Shown here: one piece after another, positions 9,913-18,035 of the stretch
Numbering within the stretch: the first letter of the stretch is position 1
Layout of the letters: each line of letters opens with the position of its first letter
DNA from: Candidatus Woesearchaeota archaeon
GTDB lineage: Archaea; Nanobdellota; Nanobdellia; SCGC-AAA011-G17; PNOQ01
Assembly: GCA_964587005.1 (NCBI GenBank)
Contig: CAZPJW010000001.1
Location: 11,986-75,985, forward strand
Direction of reading: 5' to 3'
DNA length: 64,000 nt
Made by a program: the position numbers and the translations under genes
Notes under the pieces: generated by a model
What the model saw: only the letters and a program-made list of their open reading frames with translations
Databases searched by the model: none
What the model was told of the DNA's origin: nothing

Positions 9913-11637
9913 ATGAAACATAAAATATTAATTCTAATTTTGGCATTATTCTTAATTACTCCTGCAGTAACAGCCGAGGAATGGTGGAATACAGATTGGC
10001 AATACAGAAAAGAAGTAAATCTATCCAACATTGAAAACATAGGCAGGGTAGATGATACAATTATAATAACCGATATCCAAGAAAAATTTCCACTGGCTCA
10101 AGAAGACTTTGGAGATTTAAGAGTAGTGGAATCAGAAAATGAAATTGCTTATGAATTATTTGATAATAACACAAAATTAAGATTTGTAACGACGATGCCT
10201 GCAAATTCAGAAAAAACAATCACTATCTATTACGGAAATTCTCAAGTAGACACTCCCGACTATTCAAATTGTGATATATGGCAACCTTGTACTCCCCTAT
10301 GGGAATATACTAAATTAATAGCCTGGTATAAATTTGATGATGGAAACGCAATAGATTACTCGGGAAATTATAACGGAGAAATAACCGGAGCAGATTGTGG
10401 AATAGAAGGCATACACGGAAATGGGTGTATATTCAATGGGGATGATTTTATACACACAAATATATATCAAACAAGCAAAACTATAAACTTCTGGGTAAAA
10501 TCTGGGGAATCACACACTACTCCGCTTGGTCAGAGTGAGGGGGGAACCCACGAATTGGGGGATTGGGCATTTAGAATAGCAGCATCACAATTAAGATTAG
10601 ACTATTTCGACCCTGGAGAAATAAACGTATATGGTGGATCAAATTCCGGCCAGTGGACAATGATAACATTAGTAGCAAATCCCGACAATAATCTTGTAAG
10701 AATCTATGTAAACAATGTTCTTCATTCAGGTATGGACTACTCTGGAAACCCTTTTGGAGATGGAAACACAGAACTAACAATAGGGAAGGCAGACGAAGGA
10801 TATTTCAGTGGAGAAATCGATGAGGTAAAACTATATGATAAATTAGTTGAAGCTCACCACACAGAAGAATTGATCCAAACAATAGCCGAAGAAGAAATAT
10901 TTTATTATACAGACTTCCAGATCCTAGAAGAAGGAATTCTATTCAGTGACGACAATCCACTAGTAAATACAACAGTAACAATCACAGCATTTTTCGAAAA
11001 CTTACTTCCAGAAGACCCAAATGAAGTTTTAGTAAGATTCTACCAAGGACCTCCAGAAAATGGAATAATAATAGGAGAAGATTTAGTTCAAATAAGAGGA
11101 AAAAGTACTTTCTTCGCACAAACTGAATATATCCCAACAGAAGACGGCCAACAAGATATCTACGTCTGGATAGATCCAGATAACTTAATCATAGAAAACA
11201 ACGAAGACAACAACATAGCATCTAAAATTCTACAAGTAAGAACAAAACCCGATTTAAGAATAAGAAATGAAGACATCGGATTCAGTAACAACAACCCAGA
11301 CGGCGGCGAAGAAATACAGATATTTGCAATGATTAGAAACCTATACAACGAACCTGCGGAAAACTTCACAGTAATCTTCTACGAAGTACCTGGATTCTCA
11401 ATAATCGGAGAAACAATAATGTCAATCGGAGGATTACAAACAGAAGTAGTAATGATGCCTTGGACGGCATGGCCATATGGAGAACGAACAATACATATAA
11501 CTGTTGACAGTGGAAGGGAAATAGACGAATGGGATGAAACAAACAACCATGCAACAAAAAACATAACCGTATGGAACCCCACTCCGGGTGGAAAAATAAG
11601 ATTTTCAGAAGAAGGGCCAATGGACCCGCCACTTTAA
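9913..11637 (+). CDS. Secreted surface protein: DUF2341 + LamG-like lectin + 2x CARDB domains
   Basis: Signal peptide. EWWNTDWQYRKEVNLSN...DFGDLRVV matches the DUF2341 signature (WW..W.YR). Middle region (IAWYKFDDGNAIDYSGNYNGEITG...EIDEVKLYD) looks like a concanavalin/LamG jelly-roll. Two CARDB-like repeats each end in ...NNEDNNIASK / ...WDETNNHATK. Confidence 0.6.
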   Translation: MKHKILILILALFLITPAVTAEEWWNTDWQYRKEVNLSNIENIGRVDDTIIITDIQEKFPLAQEDFGDLRVVESENEIAYELFDNNTKLRFVTTMPANSEKTITIYYGNSQVDTPDYSNCDIWQPCTPLWEYTKLIAWYKFDDGNAIDYSGNYNGEITGADCGIEGIHGNGCIFNGDDFIHTNIYQTSKTINFWVKSGESHTTPLGQSEGGTHELGDWAFRIAASQLRLDYFDPGEINVYGGSNSGQWTMITLVANPDNNLVRIYVNNVLHSGMDYSGNPFGDGNTELTIGKADEGYFSGEIDEVKLYDKLVEAHHTEELIQTIAEEEIFYYTDFQILEEGILFSDDNPLVNTTVTITAFFENLLPEDPNEVLVRFYQGPPENGIIIGEDLVQIRGKSTFFAQTEYIPTEDGQQDIYVWIDPDNLIIENNEDNNIASKILQVRTKPDLRIRNEDIGFSNNNPDGGEEIQIFAMIRNLYNEPAENFTVIFYEVPGFSIIGETIMSIGGLQTEVVMMPWTAWPYGERTIHITVDSGREIDEWDETNNHATKNITVWNPTPGGKIRFSEEGPMDPPL

Positions 11638-11652
11638 TTTTTTTATTAAAAA
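11638..11652. terminator. Oligo-T/oligo-A tract serving as a bidirectional archaeal terminator
   Basis: aatttttttattaaaaa lies directly after the stop of the + strand gene at 11637. It also lies directly after the 3' end of the minus-strand tRNA, giving a U5 run on the minus strand. Confidence 0.4.
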
Positions 11653-11778
11653 CGCCGGGACTGGGATTTGAACCCAGATGCCCGAAGGCCCGGTTTGCTC
11701 ACAATCTGATTCGAGATTCACCGATAATACAAATCATTGTAAAATCTCCGGTGCAATACCAGATTATGCGATCCCGGC
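11653..11778 (-). tRNA. Intron-containing tRNA (126 nt), class-II-like architecture; candidate tRNA-Ser(CGA); no encoded CCA
   Basis: Reverse-complement gives acceptor GCCGGGA / UCCCGGC (7 perfect bp) and discriminator G. D arm is GCA-UAAUCUGGUAU-UGC (3-bp stem, long loop with GG). T arm is CUGGG-UUCAAAU-CCCAG. A variable-arm hairpin GCC-UUCG-GGC precedes the T stem. The gene carries about 42 nt more than a mature class-II tRNA. A candidate anticodon loop CUCGAAU sits 37-43 nt after position 26. Exon-intron boundaries were not resolved by hand. Confidence 0.6.
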
Positions 11779-12445
11779 ATACGTATTAATTTTCATTCTT
11801 TTTACGGGATGATTAAACCCAATCAACCTTGCAAACTTTATAATATTTTCTTTTTCCGAAATAACCAAAATATAATTTGTATTCCAATTCTCATTTTTCC
11901 TTACATACATATAAAGATTAGAACTCACTCCAAGAGAAGCCAACAAAAACTTTATTTCTTCAATTCCAGATTTATTTACAGATTGTACATCTATCCTATT
12001 CTTTCCAACATATCCCTCACAATCATAAAAGGCTCTAATAAATTCAATCTTACATTCTCTAGACTCAAAAATAAATTTAGGAATTTCCCAGTTCAAAGTA
12101 CCAAACGTAGAAAGCTCTTTCAAATGAGAAGCAACAACTTTAGAATTAATGTTTACACTAAAATGATTGATCTCTTCCCTAATAGTGGGTACCTTACTAT
12201 AAATTTGACTGAATGTATCAACGTAAAGTTGAGCTAGTTCCAGCACATCTGGATAAAAAGAAATTATATATCTCATAGCATTTCTACTTTTCTCCTTACC
12301 AACAATCAAGCTACCATCACCAGCTAAAAAACCACAAAGTCTAGCTAATTTAATATCATCTGCATTTATCTTACTCTTTTCAAGTTCATGAATTTTCTTC
12401 CATCTTGAAATAGCAACATTCCTATTCCTCTCACAAATATCCATA
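11764..12445 (-). CDS. Double-motif LAGLIDADG homing endonuclease family protein (free-standing; stop codon inside the tRNA)
   Basis: Two LAGLIDADG-type motifs: LARLCGFLAGDGSL and FIRAFYDCEGYVG. Start trimmed to MDICERN (ATG at 12445), which sits about 20 nt downstream of a TATATAAAC box. The track ORF extends further 5' but would overlap aglB. The last five codons plus UAA are tRNA nt 1-15 (...TYAGIA*). Confidence 0.7.
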
Positions 12446-12465
12446 ACAATTAACCTCAAATATTG

Positions 12466-12506
12466 TTTATATACACTACGCCCGTACGTGGCAAGCTGGC
12501 AACTTA
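12466..12506 (-). promoter_or_regulatory. TATA box (12466-12474) plus conserved upstream 21-bp motif (12486-12506) of the LAGLIDADG gene
   Basis: Minus strand reads AAGTTGCCAGCTTGCCACGTAC, then 11 nt, then TATATAAAC, then 20 nt, then ATG. The same arrangement and a near-identical motif (AAGTTGTCATCTTGTCACGTAC) occur at 62444-62484 upstream of the second LAGLIDADG gene. Confidence 0.45.
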
Positions 12507-12553
12507 AAAAGAGCTTCAAAACATTTATATACCTTACCGAAATCCTATTCATA

Positions 12554-15082
12554 ATGGATGAATTAGAACTAAAATATGATTCTAAAAAAGTAAAAGAGTT
12601 TACAAAGAAATACGGAACAATTCTATTAATCTTAATCCCAATTTTCTTGGCAATATTCTTCAGAGCATACCCATATTCATTACCAATAACAGACCAAACA
12701 GCAAGAGATAGTATGGAAAACAACATAAAGGCACAAATACAAAACGAAATAATCACCCAAGCCCAAGATATAGATCAAAATACTCTAAACACTTTAACAA
12801 ATCAAAGATACCAATCATATGTTTCGGAAAATAAAGAAATAATAGAAGAACAAACAAAACTCCTCTCAGATCAAATAAAACAATTCTATAAAGACGATTC
12901 CGGACAAACATACTTACTAGCAATAGATCCCTATCATTATTTAAGACAAACAGATAACATTCTAGAAAACGGACACGTTGGCGATGAACTAATAGATGGA
13001 ACGCCTCATGACAACCATATGCTAGCACCAAACGGAAGAACTATGCATAACAGCTTCCATCCATACATAACAGCACAACTTCATAAAATTTCTCAAGTAT
13101 TTGGAAATGATTCAACTCTAAAAACCATATTTATAATCCCACTAATTTTCGCAGCATTAGCAGTTATTCCAGCATTTTTCATAACTAGAAAAATAACAGG
13201 AAAACTAGGTGCAACTGTAGCAGCAGTAACAGTAGCAATCCATCAATCATTCCTCGGAAGAACGCCTGCAGGATTTGCCGATACCGATGCATACACAATC
13301 TTCTTTCCCTTAGTTATAGTTTGGCTCTTCTTAGAATCTTTCACTAGAACAAATTCAAAACAAAAATATATTTTTGGGAGTCTTGCAGGATTAGCCACAG
13401 GACTCTTCGCATTTGCTTGGGGAGGATGGTGGTATTTATTTGATATATTGGTAGCAACATTAGGAATTTACTTCATATATTTATTAATAAAATACAAAAA
13501 AAACGTATTCAAAAAAATAAAAACAAAGAATCTCATAAAAACAACAATCTCTTACTTGGCATCTTCAACTTTATTTGTAATATTATTCACAAGTGTAGCG
13601 GACTTCTTAACATTTTATAGAAGCCCAATGGGTGTAATCTTCATAAAACAAGCAGCACACTCAACCCTATGGCCAAACGTATACACCACGGTAGCAGAAT
13701 TAAACACCATAACACTACCCCAAGTAATAAACGCACTTGGAGGAAAATTATTATTCGGAATAGCAGCACTAGGCATTTTACTAGTCTTCCTAAAGAAAAA
13801 GAAACTTCAAACAGAAATAAAATATGGAATTCTACTATTAGTGTGGTTCGCAGTTACTCTCTATACTTCAACAAAAGGAGCAAGGTTTGTAATGTACGCA
13901 GTTCCAATATTCGCAATAGGCTTGGGTATATTCTATGGAAGGATATATACTCTATTAACTAATTACGGTTCAAAAGAACTTGACCTAAACAAAAAATTAC
14001 TTTCAATAAGTCTAATCGTATTAACAATTCTTTCCTTTGTACCTATGGTCAAAACTGCACATCAAACAGCATTATATGAAGTACCTTCATTTACAGATTC
14101 ATGGTACACAGCATTAACAAAAATAAAAGAAGAAACTCCAGAAAATTCAATAGTAAATTCTTGGTGGGACTTTGGACACTGGTTCAAATACTGGACAGAT
14201 CGGGCAGTAACTTTCGATGGGGCCTCACAAGACACGCCGCCAGCACATTGGATTGGAAAAACTATGTTAACTAGTAACGAAGACGAATCAATAGCAATCT
14301 TGAGAATGTTAGACTGCGGAAGTAATGATGCATATGATTTATTACTTGAAGAATCAAACGACCCATTACTAACTAAAAAAACAATAGACAAAATCATATT
14401 ACAAGAAAAAAACACAGCAAAAAACACACTATTACAATACACAGATAATCCGGACCAAATACTAGAAAAAACTCACTGTCAACCACCAGAAGACTATTTC
14501 ATAACATCTGAAGACATGGTATCAAAAGCAGGAGTATGGGCACACTTTGGATCCTGGGATTTTGAAAGAGCATACGCATATAATACAGTTAAAGAAAACA
14601 ATAAAGAAACAGCAATAGCGCAACTACAAGAAAAACTAACTTACTCACAAGAAGAAGCAGAATCAACATTCAGACAATTAAATGGGTTAACTGACCAAGA
14701 AGCAAATCAGTGGATAGCACCATATCCTTCATATTCAAACATCGGGCAATGTTACGAACAAAATACTACAATAGCCTGTTCAAATGGAATAGTAATAGAA
14801 AACAACAGAGCATATGCACAATCAGAACAAGGCGCAATAGAAATAAAACATTACAGAGATGATAAGCAAATATACACTAGTGAAGAAGGAACAGAAGAAA
14901 TAGCAGTAGCATATGTCCCAAAATACCAAACAGTGATGATAATGGACCCAGCATTACTAGGAAGCACATTTACCGAGCTTTACTTCTATGAAGGACAAAA
15001 CTTAAATAATTTCGAGTTATTCGATTTCCAACAAGGAACTGATGGTTTTAGAATCTACACTTGGAAAGTAAAATGGACATAA
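12554..15082 (+). CDS. aglB: Archaeal oligosaccharyltransferase AglB (STT3 family)
   Basis: 13 N-terminal TM helices followed by a periplasmic domain carrying the WWDYG-type motif (SWWDFGHWFKYW). Start set at MDELELKYDSKK (12554) rather than the upstream in-frame ATG at 12488. Length about 840 aa. Confidence 0.85.
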   Translation: MDELELKYDSKKVKEFTKKYGTILLILIPIFLAIFFRAYPYSLPITDQTARDSMENNIKAQIQNEIITQAQDIDQNTLNTLTNQRYQSYVSENKEIIEEQTKLLSDQIKQFYKDDSGQTYLLAIDPYHYLRQTDNILENGHVGDELIDGTPHDNHMLAPNGRTMHNSFHPYITAQLHKISQVFGNDSTLKTIFIIPLIFAALAVIPAFFITRKITGKLGATVAAVTVAIHQSFLGRTPAGFADTDAYTIFFPLVIVWLFLESFTRTNSKQKYIFGSLAGLATGLFAFAWGGWWYLFDILVATLGIYFIYLLIKYKKNVFKKIKTKNLIKTTISYLASSTLFVILFTSVADFLTFYRSPMGVIFIKQAAHSTLWPNVYTTVAELNTITLPQVINALGGKLLFGIAALGILLVFLKKKKLQTEIKYGILLLVWFAVTLYTSTKGARFVMYAVPIFAIGLGIFYGRIYTLLTNYGSKELDLNKKLLSISLIVLTILSFVPMVKTAHQTALYEVPSFTDSWYTALTKIKEETPENSIVNSWWDFGHWFKYWTDRAVTFDGASQDTPPAHWIGKTMLTSNEDESIAILRMLDCGSNDAYDLLLEESNDPLLTKKTIDKIILQEKNTAKNTLLQYTDNPDQILEKTHCQPPEDYFITSEDMVSKAGVWAHFGSWDFERAYAYNTVKENNKETAIAQLQEKLTYSQEEAESTFRQLNGLTDQEANQWIAPYPSYSNIGQCYEQNTTIACSNGIVIENNRAYAQSEQGAIEIKHYRDDKQIYTSEEGTEEIAVAYVPKYQTVMIMDPALLGSTFTELYFYEGQNLNNFELFDFQQGTDGFRIYTWKVKWT

Positions 15083-15999
15083 CAATCTTAATCCCCGTAT
15101 ACAACGAGGAACAAAATGTAGCACTATTACACACAAAACTAACTGAAGTTCTAGAAAAATTAACAAAAAAATATGAAATAATATTCATAGACGATGGTTC
15201 AAAAGACAAAACAATCTTAGAAATAAAAAATCTAACAGAAAAAGACGATAAAACAAAACTAATCCAATTCAGAGGAAATTTCGGAAAGTCAAATGCTCTT
15301 AACATTGGGTTCAAAGAAGCACAAGGAAAAGTAGTTTTTACAATGGATGGAGATTTACAAGATGATCCAAACGAAATACCTAGATTCTTAGAGGCAATAA
15401 AGAAATATGATATAGTATCTGGATGGAAATTCAAAAGACACGACCCGATCACAAAAACCATTCCTTCAAAATTAGCAAATTATGTAACTAGAAAAGCAAC
15501 CGGAGTAAAAATCCACGATATGAATTGTGGCTTCAAAGCATATAGAAACGAAGTAACAAAAAATATAGAACTCTATGGGGACATGCATCGTTATATTCCA
15601 GCATTAGCAACATCAAAAGGTTACCGGGTAGGAGAAATAAGAGTTTTACACCACCCAAGAAAATTTGGAAAAAGCAAATACGGCTTCATGAGACTTTTCA
15701 GAGGATTATTTGACTTCATGACAATCAAATTCTTAACAAATTACTCAAATAGGCCACTACACTTCTTCGGAGGGTGGGGGATATTCCTGGGAGTAATAGG
15801 TTTTCTAGCAGAACTCTACGCAGTATACTTAAAAATATTTAGAAATGAATATTTCGCAGACCACATAGGAATAATAATCCTTGGTTTCATGCTAATCACA
15901 TTAGGATTCCAACTAATCTCAACTGGATTACTTGGAGAAATGATGATAAAACGAAAAGAAAAAGATGGATACGAAGTCAGAAGAAAAATTGGATTCTAA
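15073..15999 (+). CDS. GT2 dolichyl-phosphate hexose synthase-like glycosyltransferase (DPM1/AglD/AglJ-type) with C-terminal TM helices
   Basis: ILIPVYNEE...FIDDGSKD...MDGDLQDDP (DxD motif) then two C-terminal TM helices. The track ORF starts at a TTG at 15061. An in-frame ATG (MDITIL) lies at 15073. Confidence 0.7.
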   Translation: MDITILIPVYNEEQNVALLHTKLTEVLEKLTKKYEIIFIDDGSKDKTILEIKNLTEKDDKTKLIQFRGNFGKSNALNIGFKEAQGKVVFTMDGDLQDDPNEIPRFLEAIKKYDIVSGWKFKRHDPITKTIPSKLANYVTRKATGVKIHDMNCGFKAYRNEVTKNIELYGDMHRYIPALATSKGYRVGEIRVLHHPRKFGKSKYGFMRLFRGLFDFMTIKFLTNYSNRPLHFFGGWGIFLGVIGFLAELYAVYLKIFRNEYFADHIGIIILGFMLITLGFQLISTGLLGEMMIKRKEKDGYEVRRKIGF

Positions 16000-16975
16000 A
16001 ATCTGCTACATAGCAAGATCTTATCCTCCACAATTGGGAGGAATACAGGACTACAGTAAATCATTAATGACAAACCTACATAAAAAAAACACAAAAATAC
16101 AACTAATAGCAAACAAAAAATCAAATAAAAATCTTCCATTCTACTACGCAAGAGCTTTTCTTCAAATATTATTCTCGGATGCAGACATATACCACGTTGG
16201 AGATGGGGCATCTTGTATCCTAACTCCCGTAATCAAATTAAAAAACAAACCAATAGTCACAACCGTCCATGGGCTAGACATTACACACAATTCAAAACCC
16301 TACCAAAAAATAATAGTTCCATTAATAAAAAAATCAAATAAAATAATTGCAGTCAGCTCAAATACAAAAGAAGAAATCATAAAAAAAGGATATCCGGAAG
16401 AAAAAATAGATATAATCCCAAACGCATTAACAAAAGAAAAATACTCAAATGAATTCGAAACAGAAAAAGACCCAAATATGATGATAACAGTGGGAAGACA
16501 AGTAAAAAGAAAAGGAACATCTCACTTCATACAAACCAAATTAAACACATTAATGGAAGATAATCCAGAACTAAAATTCTATATAATTGGCTCGGGTCCA
16601 GAAGAAAACATAATAAAACAAGCAATAAAACACTCAAGATACAAAAATCAGATATATTACTTAGGAAGATTAAGTGACAAAGACCTAGAAAATTACTACA
16701 AAAAAGCAAAATTCTTTGTAATGCCAAACATCAAGGTAGACGGAGACGTAGAAGGCTTCGGAATCGTTCTTTTAGAAGCAATCCACCACAAAAACATAAT
16801 TCTAGCAAACCCAATAGAAGGCATAGCAGACGCTCTAAAGTACACAAAAAACTGGATAAACCTAAACGAAGATAAGATACTTCTCAATTCTTTAACACAC
16901 GAAGAAGAATTACCTAAAATCTACTGGAATGAAGTAATTGAAGATTATTTAACAATTTATAAAAACCTTTCGTAA
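15965..16975 (+). CDS. GT4 (group 1) glycosyltransferase
   Basis: N-terminal YPPQLGGIQDY block and C-terminal EGFGIVLLEA motif typical of GT-B GT4 enzymes. Confidence 0.65.
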   Translation: MDTKSEEKLDSKICYIARSYPPQLGGIQDYSKSLMTNLHKKNTKIQLIANKKSNKNLPFYYARAFLQILFSDADIYHVGDGASCILTPVIKLKNKPIVTTVHGLDITHNSKPYQKIIVPLIKKSNKIIAVSSNTKEEIIKKGYPEEKIDIIPNALTKEKYSNEFETEKDPNMMITVGRQVKRKGTSHFIQTKLNTLMEDNPELKFYIIGSGPEENIIKQAIKHSRYKNQIYYLGRLSDKDLENYYKKAKFFVMPNIKVDGDVEGFGIVLLEAIHHKNIILANPIEGIADALKYTKNWINLNEDKILLNSLTHEEELPKIYWNEVIEDYLTIYKNLS

Positions 16976-16988
16976 CTCCCAAAATTCT

Positions 16989-18035
16989 ATGAGAATACTA
17001 TTTATTTCAAGATCCATAAATCCTCCATGGACAGAAGGGGTAAAAAACACTATAAAACTAATAGTTGAGAATATAAACAATCATAATTTCATAGTCCCAA
17101 CAAAAGAAGAATTCTCTTTCAACCTAAAAAATGTAGAAGAATTACCCATATCGAAAGAAGAAGAACCATTCAAAGTTCCATTAAAAAGTAAAATAAATCT
17201 ATTCAAAAACTTAATCTTAAACAAAGAAGTAGATACATACCACATCTTCGGGATGCCAAAGAAACATTCATCCAACCTAATAAATTACATCTCAAAAAAA
17301 AGAAACAAAAAAACAATACAAACTCTTTCAAATATAGAAGATAAAGAAAACAAAAAACTATACTTCGCAGATAAAATCGTAGTAATGAGTAAACATTCCC
17401 AAAATAAACTAAAAAAATTAGAAATAGATTCAGAAGTAATCTACCCTAGCATAGATCTAGTAGAATTTACAAACATAAAAGACTACAGAAAAGAATTAAA
17501 CATAAAAAAAGAAAAGGTAATTCTCTATGCAGGAGACTTAGACAAAGATACAACTCAAAATCTAATAAATATAATTCTAAATACTGATAAAAAAACAAAA
17601 TTCATAATAGCAATAAGAAACAAAACAAAAGAAATTACCAACAATAAACAAATTCTAAAAAACAAAGTAAAAGAACAAAATCTAAAGAATGTAATTTTTG
17701 TAAAAAAGTCAAATATGCCAAGATTAATAAACACTTCAAGTTTAGTAATCTTCCCAGTAAAAAAAATAACATCAAAGCTAGACATTCCGATGATTCTGCT
17801 TGAAGCATTGGCACTAAAAAAACCAATATTAGTTTCAAAAAATCCAATACTGCAAGAAATACTAACACACAAAGCAGGACATTCCTTAGAAATAGAAAAG
17901 TTCCCTGAGATGATAAAAAACATAACACAAAAAGAAATAAACCAACTGTCCAAAAACTGCCGGAAAGTAATCAAAGAAAATTTCAACAAGGATATTATGA
18001 TAAAAAAATACCAAGAAATCTATAACGAACTATGA
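16989..18035 (+). CDS. GT4-like glycosyltransferase (divergent)
   Basis: N-terminus MRILFISRS...PPWTEGVKN resembles a GT4 N-domain. The C-terminal half contains KLDIPMILLEALALKKPILVSK (E..A motif). Weak similarity. Confidence 0.4.
   Translation: MRILFISRSINPPWTEGVKNTIKLIVENINNHNFIVPTKEEFSFNLKNVEELPISKEEEPFKVPLKSKINLFKNLILNKEVDTYHIFGMPKKHSSNLINYISKKRNKKTIQTLSNIEDKENKKLYFADKIVVMSKHSQNKLKKLEIDSEVIYPSIDLVEFTNIKDYRKELNIKKEKVILYAGDLDKDTTQNLINIILNTDKKTKFIIAIRNKTKEITNNKQILKNKVKEQNLKNVIFVKKSNMPRLINTSSLVIFPVKKITSKLDIPMILLEALALKKPILVSKNPILQEILTHKAGHSLEIEKFPEMIKNITQKEINQLSKNCRKVIKENFNKDIMIKKYQEIYNEL

Noticed and set aside
11653-12445. Possibility that the LAGLIDADG ORF is encoded inside a tRNA intron, the classical intron-encoded homing endonuclease.
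   Set aside because: The 7-bp acceptor stem closes within 126 nt (128 nt in copy 2) and the ORF lies upstream of tRNA position 1. The ORF is therefore adjacent to, not inside, the tRNA. Only its last 15 nt (65 nt in copy 2) overlap exon or intron sequence.
12488-12553. Upstream in-frame ATG (12488) of aglB, giving a 22-aa N-terminal extension.
   Set aside because: That extension would overlap the LAGLIDADG promoter motif and TATA region on the opposite strand. The MDELELKYD start at 12554 gives a normal AglB N-terminus. Kept as an alternative only.
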